Origin: Eledone cirrhosa
Taxonomy: Eukaryota
Reading direction: 5' to 3'
Assembly: GCA_964016885.1 (NCBI GenBank)
Contig: OZ024743.1
Location: 281,852,001-281,916,000, forward strand
DNA length: 64,000 nt
The position numbers and the translations under genes were made by a program. Of this stretch, positions 1 through 12,727 are shown one piece after another; the stretch's first letter is position 1; the number at the start of each line of letters is the position of its first letter. Below the pieces are notes generated by a model. It worked only from the letters and a program-made list of their open reading frames with translations. It made no database searches and had not been told where the DNA came from.

Positions 1-50
1 ACCACCTTGGATTGGTACTTTATTTTTATCAATCCTTACTTGCCAAGCTG

Positions 51-3000
51 TTAAGTTATAGGAGGCTGCACAACATAAACAAAACCCAGGCTAATTAGAC
101 TGTCTTTTTCGAACTCAACTGAGGTACGTTCATATCTTTTAGCTTCTGATAAAGCTAGGTGTGAAAATTGGATTGCCTTCTGAACACGTCCTGGTTTTCC
201 ATCTGATGTACACCCAAAGCTACATGCTGCAGCTTCTTTAAACCGCAACTCAGCACAACATAAAAGCTTCAGCCTACGTGATGATGGGCAGATTTCGAAT
301 TTATTAAGGCTGGTGAAACATGGAAAAGAGATACCAGCTGGTCTGAAAACACTGTACCCACAACAACTGGCAATAAAAAACTGAAAAAACTCTGAGAAAC
401 TAAATAAGAACAACCGGCCATTCCCTGCACATCATCATAGACTGAAATCAAGGTACAAATTGTTGTCCTTAAATGCACATAGGCTATGCAATAAGATATA
501 TCTTTTTGATTCCTACATCAAAAGTATCAACCCTGATTTCATTACAGTCATGGAAACATGGGCACATTCCTTACTCTGTGATGGGGTTTTCAGCATAACT
601 GGCTACAACTTGTTTCGTAAAGACCACATTAATCGTGGTGGTGTAATGGTCTACATTCGTTCAAACTTTTCAGCAATTCCTTGTGTTGATTTGAACCAAT
701 CGCAGCAAGAAGTATTTTTCTGCGATGTACGTATGACCATGTCAACACTGCTACTTGGAGTTGTTTACCGTCCCCCAAATTACCATCATTACACTCAACT
801 TTATGATATTCTCAGAGCTGCTGCCAGGAAAAGAGCCACTTATGTTTTTATTGCAGGGGACTTCAATCACCCTGAGATTGACTGGGAAACCTTTTGTTGG
901 CTGCAAAGTGCAAATGATTTCCTTGAGCTAGTGCTGAAAGTAGTCACCTCCCCAACAAGAGGTAACAACATTTTGGATCTACTCTTCACCACTACTCCTG
1001 AAATGGTCATTAGTGTTACTACTGAGAAACCTTTACGTGACTCTGATCACAACCATCTCCAAACTGCTCACTTTGACTGGAATAAAGCCGACTGGAACTG
1101 TTACTGCACCAAGCTGCAACGTCCAAACTGGCTTGAATTTTATGACTCTGGAGATGTCAACACTGTACTCCAGAACATCCTGAACTCAATATCGACAGCA
1201 TGTGCAGCAACGGTGCCACGTAAGCAGAAAAAACATCCCAAAAGTGAAATTTGGGAGACTGCAGCAGTTCGTCTTACCAGGAAAGAACATTGTAATGCTG
1301 AAAGTGAGTACAAATTGCATAAATCAGATATCTATAGGAAAAAAAGCGAAATAAATCATCCAACCATCTCAAGCAGGTGACAAAAATAGCAGTGCTTGAC
1401 AGTAAGGTGTTCTGGAAATATGTACACTCAAAGCAGAGGCCTCACTTTCCAGTTAGTCCTCTTTGCAATCCCCACACAAGCCAGATTACTGACGACCCCA
1501 AAGAATGCGCAGAACTCATTGCTGAATGCTATGCAGGCATTTTCACTGTTGAAAACCAAAATGTACTATCTCCACCACCTCTAAGATCAAATTCTATTAC
1601 AACTATGGAATTTACACCTGCAATGCTGCGACATCACCTTAAAAATAAACGCAACCATGCCTCTCCTGGTCTTGATGGTGTTACTCACCTGCTTCTTAAA
1701 TGTGGTGGGTACTTCCTTCTGCACCAGCTATCACTCTTCTTTCAATTCTGTCTGAACGGTGCTACTCCGGAGCAGTGGAAAACTGCCAGTGTCATTCCTC
1801 TGTTCAAAAAGGGTAACCGCACATCACCTGTGAAATATGTCCAGTCAGTCTTACTAGCTGCATTGCCAAACTGATGGAATCCTGTGTCAGAGAAATACTT
1901 TGGAACTTCTGTAACTCTCACAGTCTTATCTGGCCCTCACAATTTGGATTTATCCCTAACTCCAGCTGCTGTCATCAACTTATAGAGTTTCTTGAAGACA
2001 TCACCCGGATCACTAATGGTGGCTCATGGGTGGATGTTGTTTACCTTGACTTTGCTAAAGCTTTCAATTCTGTGCCACACAAAAGACTTATGGCAAAACT
2101 CTCTGCAATGGGTGTGTAGGGTGATCTTTTTAACTGGTTGAAGTCCTTCATTCTCAGTCGAAGAGAGGTAGTCATGGTTCTAGGATAGCATTCATCACCA
2201 TATGAGATGTCATCTGGTATACCACAGGGATCTGTTCTTGGTTCCCTTTTGTTTGTGGCATATATTAATGACATAGATGCCAACTTAAAGAATGCCACAG
2301 TACTGAAATATGCAGATGACATCAAGCTGTACCTTGAGATAAAAAGGACAGATCCTGAACACTATAGATCTTTCCTGCAATCAGACCTGGACACAATGCA
2401 ACAATGGATCATGGACTGGCAACTCAAGTTGGCTGTTGACAAGTGTACCACCATGCAAGTGTACCACCATGTACTCCCTTTACAACACTAATATCAAGAA
2501 GTCTTCTTGTGAACGTGACCTGGGCATTATTGTCAGCAGTGATTTGCGTTGGATGAAGCACATCTCTAAAATTGTCAAGAAGGCCGAGGGTGTCTTAGCA
2601 TCACTCAGCAAGACCTTTGTCAACCGCTCCAGCTATCTATTTAAGGCTGTACATAGCTATGGTGCGGCCACACTTAGAATGTGCATCACCAGTATGAAAC
2701 CCCAATCTTGCTCAGAACATTGACCTCCTGGAAACTGTTCAGAGACATGCAGCCAAGCGAATAGCCTCCATCAGGCATCTACCATACTCTCAACGCCTTG
2801 TTTCCCTGGGCATGGATACATTGAAACTCCGACGTCTGGCAACTGACTTGGTAAACACCCACAAGATTATTAACCATCTTGCCAACAACAACCCTGAGCA
2901 CCTTTTTGATTTCCATGTGTCTAACACATGTGGACAAGCATGGAACAAACTACCTGCATCAGTTGTTAGCTGTCGAGACACTGCATCCTTTAAAACCTCC

Positions 3001-3192
3001 ATGCTTCCTGAGATTCGCTAACACTGCACCTGATGTCCACCCTCCATACACACGCACACATGTATTTCCTGACTCATACTCTGTTCATTTTCCTGACATT
3101 TGAACATTATTCTATGTACTATACATGCACCTTTGATGAGTTGTAGTGCACCTGAGCACTGTACACAATAATTTCATTATTATTATTATTAT
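51..3192 (+). mobile_element. CR1-clade LINE, degenerate; 5' boundary uncertain; ends in (ATT)n tail
   Basis: Endonuclease and RT motifs at 460-3021, then a 3' UTR and the tail 'caataatttcattattattattatt' ending at ~3192. Confidence 0.85.
460..3021 (+). pseudogene. CR1-type ORF2 (AP endonuclease + reverse transcriptase), broken by frameshifts and stops
   Basis: Motifs across ORF fragments: METW, GVVYRPPN, AGDFNHPEIDW, PTRGNNILDLLFT, SPGLDG, QFGF, YLDFAKAF, GIPQGSVLG, KYADD, ERDLGIIVSSDL. Confidence 0.9.
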
Positions 3193-4335
3193 TCTGTCTA
3201 CACCCGCTACGCGGAGAGCTGGGCATGCCGTGGCTGATGATGCACAGACATGCGCTCAGGCTACGACATATCCACCTCTTCCTCGACAGTGATCAGGTGT
3301 AGTCGCCCTTTGCTAGACACATGTTTCCCCAGCTTGTCTCCTTGACGGAGCTGCAGTCCTGGGTCAAGCGAAGACCGAGAGGAAGTGCTTGATGACTGGA
3401 ATGTCTTACAGCCCTCGACCAGTCGGGCAATACGATCGCTGGAAGATCCACCTTGGCATTCTATAGAGTTCTCCAGAAGAGATTGGCTAGTTGGTTTTCG
3501 TTGATGCCTAGAGTCTCCCCAAGGACGTCGTCACTCTTTCCCTCCACTAAGGAGAACTTTCAGGCTGGGGCACATGGACAACTTCCAGATATCCCTGGCT
3601 TAGCAGTGCTACCGAGGAGCCTTGCCAGTTCGGGATAAACTCTACAGGCATGGAAATGTCATCAGCTGGGCCTGTCCAAGATGCGCGCAGGGCGATGAAA
3701 CCGTCCTGCATGCACATGTCCAGTGTCCGTGCATTGCTGACTTGTGGGTTTATACCGAACACCTGCTGTCACGTGTAGAACGGATCGGGCTATCAGCTGA
3801 ATCCATCATGAGAATTGCCCCATCGCCTTCCTTTAGCCGAGAAGAACAGACAGTTTTTATCTGCCTGGTGGCCATGGTAAAAGAGATCGTATGGTGGACA
3901 CGTCGGAAAGGGTTGAAGACAGGTACACTCCTCTTTGGTCACGCCCTCATTAACTTTTTCAGGTTTCACCTGAAAAGGAAAATCAGAGTGGCGAGGGAAG
4001 TGCTGCCTTCCAGCCTGTTTGTTGAAAGGTGGGTGAGAGAGGCAAGAATGGCCTGTGTGAATGGGCCTACCCTGAGCGTGTGCCTGTAGCATCATAGGAG
4101 GAAAACTGGAAGAGGGAATTTGCCCTAGCAGTCAGGGTAATCGTGGCTGTTCTTGTGGGCTTTCTCCATGAGCGACCCTCGGAGGTCTCCTCCCTATTGG
4201 GGAATTTTTTCATTGTTTCCTTTTTTGTCACATACTCTGTTTTTGTTTTTACATGCAGAAATGCCCATTTGTATTGTCCTGTGTTGTCCTTAATGTTATA
4301 CTTTGTGTAAACCCTTGTGGTTAATAAAGAAAGCC
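3193..4335 (+). mobile_element. 5'-truncated Tx1/L1-clade LINE (ORF2 C-terminus + 3' UTR)
   Basis: LGMPWLMM and the zf-RVT motif CPRCAQGDETVLHAHVQCP; 3' end 'aacccttgtggttaataaagaaagcc' then ATT repeats; starts directly after the CR1 (ATT)n tail. Confidence 0.9.
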
Positions 4336-4555
4336 TTATTATTATTATTGGTCTAAGCGGACGTATTTTGCTCGCTCACAGTAAGTCGCTTTATTTGCCT
4401 GTTTAAATTATTTGTTGTAAAATATTTCTTGTTGTGTAAGGGATATAAGCCCTTAGACTTTGCCCCGTGAAGGGAAAAGTATAATATTTGGGCCTTTTGG
4501 CCCAAATATTTGAACTTTTTTTTACATGTTAAAAAATTTACGAAGAAAAAAAAAC

Positions 4556-6546
4556 ATGGCTGAGCCACGCCCCCCCCCCCCCCCCGCGATATGTCGGCTG
4601 TCGTGCGACAACGACGTAGAAGTTGAGAGGAGCGCTACAGCGAAATTAACACACATTGATAACACAAACACCACCACAAACAAGGTAAACAAAGACACCA
4701 ATGATACCAATAAGAACACTAATTTTGAAAAAAATGACAGTAACAGCGACAACGAAAATACAGATAACAAAAAAAAAAATAACAAATACAACAATTATAT
4801 CGACACCACTAACATGAAAACAAATAGCGACAACATCAACAGCAACAATACCAACTGCACCGAGAACAACGGTGGCAACAAAGACAACAATGATAACAGC
4901 GACAGTGCTAACAACAACACCAACAAGAACAACGTCAACAACACCCCCAACGAAAACAATACCACTTTCGCTGCGGCAGCAGCAAAAAAGAGGCCATGCT
5001 TCAACATGGACCTCTCAAACAAAGATGAAAAGTTGGCCCAGGCATGGAAGCTCATCAAGCAAGAGCAAACTTGGGCCAACTTAACTGTCCCGGTAGAAGC
5101 TATTGAGGCAGTGGAGCACAAAACGGTGTATTATAGATGCATCTCAGCACAAACCAAAAGGGTAGCGTTAATCCCACAAGAAGATATCGAAGTCGCGCTG
5201 AGGTGCATCAGAGAAGACACCCAGTACATAGAGAGAGGCAGACAGTACGGCACCATTTCGGTGTTGTTCAAGTCAGAAGCCCTCGCGATGAAACACGCCA
5301 TGACTCCTTGCAAAACCAGCAAGGTCATAATGTACCCCTCCCACATGGGAAAAAGAACGGCCCGTCTCCGCATTCCCAGAATCCCACCAGGACTTGACAT
5401 GTGGTGGCTTCTGCGATGTGTGATTGTGGAGGGGACGGATACAGTCCCTATAGAAGTGACCAGAACGGCCAGAGAGGACTGGTCCGGAGTTGACCTGGAG
5501 ATCCTTCTCCAGATCAGGCCCGAGAATGTGAAGACAATCCCAGACCATATCCAACTTCAGAATGGGACTGTCATTCACATTATGACCGAAGGCAAAAGGC
5601 CGCAGTGTTTTGTTTGTGGGGAAAAAACCCATTTGCGAGCCTTCTGCCCTCAACTGCTGAAAGAGGCAAGAGGTCGAAAGGCTCCACTGCTGCCGACGCC
5701 GGGGCGAGGACCACAACCAACACCTGCACCGGCAAAACCACCAACAACAACACCAATAGAAAAGACACCACCAACATTGACAACCCAGGGGGGAAACGAG
5801 GAAAGCTGTCAACCCCCCCCCCCCCAAAAAAAAATACACACACACCAATAAAACCTTAAACATACATACAAACACACTTACAGACACAGACCGCTCATCT
5901 ACCAGTAGTGAAGATGAGGGAAATCCCAAATCCCCCAAAATACAAAAAAGGAAACAAAAAGAAAATAAAAAAACTCAACAAAGCACAAAAGCACCCACAA
6001 TAAAAAAACGCAGACACCACCCACGCAAACATCTCTCCAATAACACCAACATCAACACCACCATCACCATCACCAGAATCCCCCACACGCAAACAACCGA
6101 AACAGACGGAAGAACAAATATACACACAAACATCTGAAACCACAGACATCGCACTCACAACAAACACAGATACAACCGAAACAACACCACCAAAACCATC
6201 ACCACCACATCCACGCAAACAAATAAAATCACACCAACAAAACATACAAAACTTCGTGCTCGTCAGGAGGGCCAACAAGGAACTGATGGCCCTCGTAGCA
6301 CGAAGTGAAAATATACAAAAAGAGGGGGAAATGTTTAAATCGAGCACATTTCGCGTGCCGGAAGATTAGGTTCTGGTGCGAATGTCGCTCGACATATTCA
6401 AAGAAATACGAGACAGCTTTCCTCGGGACGTGGGAAACCCGAACGTAAAACCCACTTCAAGACTTTTAAAGGGGTTCCCAAAAGAAACCCCACTAACTAT
6501 GGAGGTCGAACAACTCGACCTTCACAAGAGCCCGGAAGGTAAGTAA
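4556..6546 (+). pseudogene. Tx1 ORF1 (Asn/Thr-rich N-terminus, putative RRM-like region, CCHC zinc knuckle, Pro/Thr-rich tail), frameshifted near the C-run at ~5815
   Basis: CFVCGEKTHLRAFC fits CX2CX4HX4C; a downstream frame continues to ...HKSPEGK* at 6546. Confidence 0.8.
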
Positions 6547-6577
6547 ACCTTCCTCTCTCTCTGTTTAACCTGCCAAC

Positions 6578-9500
6578 ATGGCCGTATTAAGAGTAGGATG
6601 TTTAAATGTTCGAGGCCTGGGATCGTCCTGGAAGCAGGGTCACCTGCTCAACGACCTCAGGTTTATAGAAATGGATGTAATTGCAGTCAGCGAGACCAGG
6701 ATTTCCGACACGCGCGCACTAGCCCCCATTTTCGACGACTATCAGATCTTTGCATCTGTTAGCCATCCGGGAATGGGAGGCGGGGTGGAAGTGCTGTTTA
6801 GGAAAGGCCTGGATCTCGAGGTAAGGTAGATGTTCCGGGACCCGGACGGGAAGTTGGTGGTCCTGGACGTGAACAATAATGAAGGTGGTGCCTTTAGACT
6901 GGTGGCCGTCTATGCTCCTACTGGGGCAGGAGGGCCGGACTTCTTTAGACGCCTGGAAGCCTTTCTGGGTACGTCTCGCCCTTTACTGTTAGCGGGGGAC
7001 TGGAACGGCATCTTAGACGCACGCTGGGACTGTGTGGGAGTATCCGATAGGAGCGGGGGGTGCAAAAGCCTCAAGAACCTGATCAGCCAGTTCCAACTGT
7101 CTGACAGGTACCGACTAGATTTCCCTAATGCGCCAGTGTGGACCTGGGCTAACCGCATAGGGTCATCTAGATCGTATATAGACAGGATATTCATTAGGAA
7201 AATAGACAGAAATAGTGTAAGCTGTCCACGTTTTGAAACGGTCGCCTATTCAGATCACAAGTTTGTGATCTGTATGGTCGACCTAGATAAGACGCGTAGG
7301 TTAGGACCTGGTTACTGGAAGCTAAACATGTCATTTCCGGCACGTAAGGCTTACAGGGACCAGGTCAACAATTTAGTTAAGAAAAAGTTGACAGGGGGAG
7401 TCGTCAACAATAGATGGTGGGGGGCTCTCAAAAGAGAGATTAGAGTAATGTCGATAGAGTTTAGCAAAGAAGTAGCATTAGAGAAAAATAGAAAGGAGGG
7501 AGAGTTGGTAGATAAGTTAGACGAGGCTATTCGTAGTGGCATTGCAACTGATGTGCTAGCGGCGAGAATGGCATTAGACCATTTCTTCAATGCGAAACAC
7601 GAAGGTTGCATTGTCAGAGCTAAGGCGCGTGCTCTGAGAAACAAGGGAACCAAAGCTGTTCGATGGGCCCGCGTGGTAGAGGCGCAGCTTGGTAATAAAA
7701 CCACGATTCGGTCTTTGACGGACCGAGACGGGCTCGAGCTGAGCGATTCCAAGAGGATGTGTGAGGCCTTTCGCCAGCATTTTGCTCGGTTGTTCGGGGG
7801 AAGTGGCGGGTCAGAGATGGTGGGCCACTTCAGTCCCTACCTCGATGGCTTGCCGCAACTCTCGACGGCTGACGCTGGGCGCTGCGAAAGGCCAATTACT
7901 TCAGCCGAGATTCAGGATGCCCTTGTAGGCTGCATGAGGCGCAAGTCACTCGGTTTTGATGGTCTGCCCTACGAGCTTTACGTAAATATGCCAGACTTGT
8001 TCTCCAATCTCCTCGAAGCGCTCTACTGCAACTGGCAGCAAAACGGGAGTATTCCCAGTTCTGTGAGCCGGGGCGTAGTGACGCTGATAAGGAAAGACGA
8101 GAACAAGAGGGACACATTAGATAATTTCAGGCCCATAACACTGCTCAACACAGAGTTTAATATTTTGGCCAGGGTGTTAGCGAAGAGGTTGGCGCTTGTC
8201 GTCGGGGATTTGGTTGGTGAGGCGCAAACTTGCGCAATCTCAACCAGGTCCATACACGACAACCTCCACCTAATGCGATACATCATAGAGAGGGTAGGGT
8301 GTAAACCTGGCTTCGGTGGGGCTCTGATCAATTTAGATCAATCGAAAGCATTCGATAGGGTCGACTATCGGTACCTGGAGGCTGTCCTCAAGGTGGCTGG
8401 CTTCGGCCCCGTCTTCAGAAGCTGGATCGCTGCAATGCACAGCGGCACCTGCTCGATGGTCAAAATTAATGGCCACCTCTCGGAACCGTTTCAGGTCTCC
8501 CGATCGGTCCGTCAAGGGTGCCCTCTCTCCTCCTTTCTGTACGTATTGACTCTCGAGCCTTTACTGCGGAAGCTGGAGCTGTTGCAGGCATCCCGCTCGA
8601 ACCAGGACGCGGAAAGGCTGTGTCGGCTTATGCGGACGACATCACCGTGATGGTGTTGGACACCTCAGAAATCGAGGTGGTCGGCAACTTATTGGAGGAA
8701 TATGAAAGGTTGACGGGAGCAAAACTTAACCCGGAAAAGTCAGTGGGCTTGCAGCTCGGCACCTGGAGAGGCAAGTCCATGCCGTCCAACAGCGTCGTTA
8801 GGATGAGGACGGACGGACCGCTAAAGTTGCTAGGGGTTTGGTTCGGGCCAGACCTCCAGGTGGATAAGAATTGGGACGAGGTGACGGGCAGGGTAGTCAG
8901 TCTCACCCAGAAATGGGCTGGGATGAAGCTATCACTGAAAGGTCGTCCGTCATCTACTACCGTCTGACTGTCGTCGCTTGCCCCGTTCGCGCCTCGCCAT
9001 CTTGGAGCGGCTCCTCTTCAAATTCTTGTGGAGGGCTCAGGTTCCGCTGGTGAGGCGGTCCATCTGCTGCCAGCACCCTCTACGTGGAGGGCTGGGCATG
9101 CTGTGGCTAATGATGCGCAGGCACGCGCTGAGGCTGCGGCATCTCCAGATATTCTGCCTAAACGGTGAACAGGTGTGATCGCCGTTTGTCAGACGGGCCT
9201 TTCCGCAGCTCGTTTCTTTGACTGAGTTGCAGTCCTGGGTCCAGAAGAGACCGAAACTGGGTGACTGGCATCTGGAATGTTGTCAGGCACTCACTGCCCT
9301 CTACCAGGCGGGAAATGCGGTCAGTGGAACTTCCACTCTCGAGTTCTATAGAGGATTAGTGGTGGGCAAGTGCGACGTCGCACTCGGAGAGGCTCTGGGA
9401 GTCAACGAAGTCGAACTAACCAGTCTGTACCGGAGGACTTTCGAGCCGGGGACGATGGATAATTTCCAAAAATCCCTCGCTTGGCAGTGCTACCGGGGGG

Positions 9501-9970
9501 CACTACCGGTTCGAGATAAACTCTACAGGAACGGAAGTGCTGTCAGACGGACCTGCCCGAGATGCGCGCAGAGCGACGAAACCGTTCTGCATGCACTCGT
9601 CCAGTGTCCGTGCATTCCTGACTTGTGGAGTTATGCTGAACAGCTGTTGTCGCGTGTAGAACGGATCCGGCTATCGGCCGAGTCCATAGTGAAGATCGAC
9701 TCGCCGCCTTCTTTTGGCCAGGAAGGGCAGGCAATTTTCCTCTGTCTGGTGGCAGTAGCGAAAGAGGTTGTATGGTGGACGAGGTTGAAAGGACTGAAGA
9801 CAGACACTTTTCTCTTCGGCCAATCCCTCATCAACTTTTTCAAGTTTCACTTGGAAAGGAAGGTGAGGGTGGAGAGAGAAGTGCTGCCCCCCAGTACATT
9901 TGCTGAAAGGTGGGCGAATGTGGCGAGAATGGCCCGTGTGAGTGGGCCTACTCTGGTCATGCGGCTGTAG
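6578..9970 (+). pseudogene. Tx1 ORF2 (EN + RT + zf-RVT) with a few stops and frameshifts
   Basis: CLNVRGL, AVSET, AVYAP, AGDWN, SDH, GPGYWKLN, NFRPITLLN, LDQSKAFDRV, VRQGCPLS, AYADD, CPRC..H..C. Confidence 0.93.
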
Positions 9971-10266
9971 GTAGGTAAATTTGAAGAGGAGAGGGGTGCC
10001 CTTCCAAGGTTCTCTCGAAGCGTCGGGTCGTTCAGGACTGGTGGGGTACCTGAGCGAACCCTAGGTGGTCATCCCCCCTATTGGGGAATGTTTTCTTGTT
10101 GTAATTTTCTTGTTACTTTATTGTTACTTTGTTATTGTTACTTTGTTTATTCATATTGTTTACTCGATTTTTCTGTAAAACCCCACTGTCCCAGTCTTTT
10201 GTATTGTCCCCTATATGTCGGCCCTTGTGGCCAATAAATGAAATCATTATTATTATTATTATTATT

Positions 10267-12351
10267 CGTACATGCCAGACTTGTTCGGCGACCTCTTGGC
10301 AGATGTCTACTGCAACTGGCAGCAGAACGGGAGCATTCCCAGTTTTGTGAGCCGGGGAGCGGTGGCGCTTCTGAGAAAAGACCTGAACAAAGGGGACATT
10401 ATAGACAACTTCAGGCCCATAACTCTGCTAAACACAGAGTTCAAGATTTTGGCCAAGGTGTTAGCAAAGAGATTGGCGTTTGTCGTCGGTAATTTGGTGG
10501 GAGATGCGCAGACATGCGCCATTCCAGACAGATCCATCCACAACAACCTCCTTCTAAATGAGATACATCATAGAGAGGGTGGTTAAAGAACCTGGCACGG
10601 GTGGGGCTCTGATCAACTTGGATCAATCTAAAGTATTTGATAGAGTCAACCATCGGTACCTGGCTGCGGTCCTCGAGGTGGCCGGCTTTGGGCCCATTTT
10701 TAGAGGCTGAATTGCTGCAATGCACAGCGACATCTGCACGATTGTGAGGGTGAATGGTCACCTGTCGCATCATGTGATCAATGGTCACCGTTCAGCATCA
10801 TGCGCTCAGTCCGCCAGGGTTGTCCCCTCTCGTCCCTCTTGTACGTACTGGCTCTCGAGCCATTACTGCACAAATTGGAGACCATGAGGGGGGTACCTCG
10901 CGAACTGGGATGCAGAAGATCCGTGTTGGCTTACGCTGACGACGTCACCATGGTGGTGTCGAGCACCAAACATGTCCAGATGCTCGGCCCTGTTCTCAAG
11001 GAATACGAAGCGGTGACAGGAGCAAAGATAAACCAGAAAAAGTCGGTAGGCTTGCAACTCGGCACCTGGAGAGGCAAGTCCATGCCGCCTGACAGCGTCG
11101 TGGGGCGCTGGACGGACGGGCCGGTTAAATTGCTTGGGGTCTGGTTCGGTCCGGACCTCCAGATGGAGAAAAACTGGAGCGAGGTGACGAGAAGAGTGGC
11201 TTCTCTCACCCAGAAATGGGCTGAGAGGAGGCTGTCTCTGAAAGGTTGGGCGGAGGTGGCGAATGCGTACATCGCGTCTGTCATCTGTTACCGCTTAACC
11301 GTCGTACCTTGCCCCCATCCAACTCTGACCAAAATGGAGTACCTTCTCTTCCGCTTTTTGTGGAAGGGACATGGTCAAACGATCCATCTGCTGTCAGCAC
11401 CTGTTGCATGGAGGACTGGGCATGCCATGGCTAATGATGCCTAAACATGCGCTGAGGCTGCGACCTCTCTGGTGCTTCCTTGACGGTGAACAGGTATGGT
11501 CGCCGTTTGCCAGACTCGCTTTTCCCAAGCTCGTCTCCTTGACGGAGCTGCAGTCCTGGATCAGAAAAAGACCGAGGGATAGCACTTGGAAGCTAGAATG
11601 TCTCCAGGCGTTCACTGCCCTCTACCAGCTGGGCACTGACATTGGTGGAACATCCACCTTGGCATTCTATAGAGGGCTAGTGGAGGGGAAGAGCGACGAC
11701 GTTCTTGGGGAGACCCTGGGCGTCGAAGACGATCAGCTGTTTGCTCTCTTCAAGAGAACTTTCAGCCCCGGACCTATGGACAATTTCCAGAAATCCCTGG
11801 CCTGGCAGTGCTACTGGGGAGCGTTGCTGGTTCGGGATAAGCTCTACAGACACGGGGTGCCATCAGCCGAGCCTGTCTGAGAGGCGCGCAGGACGACGAA
11901 ACCGTCCTGCACGCACTCGTTCAGTGCCCGAGAATTCCTGACTTGTGGAGCTATGTCGAACAGCTGCTGTCGCGTGTAGGACGGATCCAGTTATCGACTG
12001 AGTCCATTGTGCAAATAGCCCCACCATCCTCCTTTAAAGAGTAGGAAGGACAAGCAATCTTCATCTGCCTGGTGGCCATGACGAAAGAGATTGTGTGGTG
12101 GACAAGTTTCACTTGTAGCGGAAAATCAGGGTGGAAAGGCAAGTGCTGTCTTCTAGTAAGTTTGTTGAAAGGTGGGTGAAAGTGGCGAATCTGATCCGAG
12201 TGAACTCTGAGTATGCACCTGTAGACTGAGGAGTGGGAAAACTGAGAGAGGGCACTTGCCCTGGTGGTCAGGGTGGCCGTGGTCTTTTGTGTGGTTTTCG
12301 CCATGAGTGACCCTCGGAAGCTCCCTCCTTATTGGGGAATTTTTGTTATTT
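10267..12351 (+). mobile_element. 5'-truncated Tx1 LINE (third variant); 3' UTR cut off at the junction with the R4-like fragment
   Basis: RT motifs NFRPITLLN, RQGCPLS, AYADD; begins right after (ATT)n at 10246-10266; 3' UTR 'cctattggggaa'-type motif near 12326-12340. Confidence 0.88.
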
Positions 12352-12707
12352 GAATTTTGTGTTTCAGGAAGATTGAGATCACAGGTGAGATTTTGAAGAT
12401 GTCCAGTGATTTCAGAATCAGAATGTGGTATGCTGTCAAAGGCTTTTTTATAATCAATCCATGCAGAACTGAGATCTGTGTTTATTATGACAGTTCTCAA
12501 GGATCATATGATTAATCAAAAGTTGATCTTTCCAACCATATGAACCTCGTCGGCACCCTTTTTGTTCACCTCCAAAAACACGTATGGTTTTTCCATGAGA
12601 ATAGAGGTTAATAGTTTATAAGTTGTGAACAAGCAGGTTATCGGGCGATAGTTTTTTGGATCTTTGGTTTCGTTGTTCTTTGATAGAAGGTAGGTAATGC
12701 CTCTTGT
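12352..12707 (-). mobile_element. R4/Dong-like non-LTR RT fragment
   Basis: Minus-strand translation gives GITYLLSKNNETKDPKNYRPITCL, RRGSYGWKDQLLIN and AWIDYKKAFDSIPH; 5' side abuts (TAA)n. Confidence 0.75.
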
Positions 12708-12727
12708 TGTTATTATTATTATTATTA

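Larger units (their letters stand above)
4350..10245 (+). mobile_element. Near full-length Tx1/L1-clade LINE, subfamily B
   Basis: 5' UTR, ORF1 with gag knuckle, ORF2 EN-RT-zf and 3' UTR; flanked on both sides by (ATT)n. Confidence 0.92.

Noticed and set aside
6578-9970. Active, intact retrotransposon
   Set aside because: In-frame stop at 6827-6829 and several frameshifts; no copy in the window has intact ORFs, although some lesions at homopolymers could be sequencing errors.
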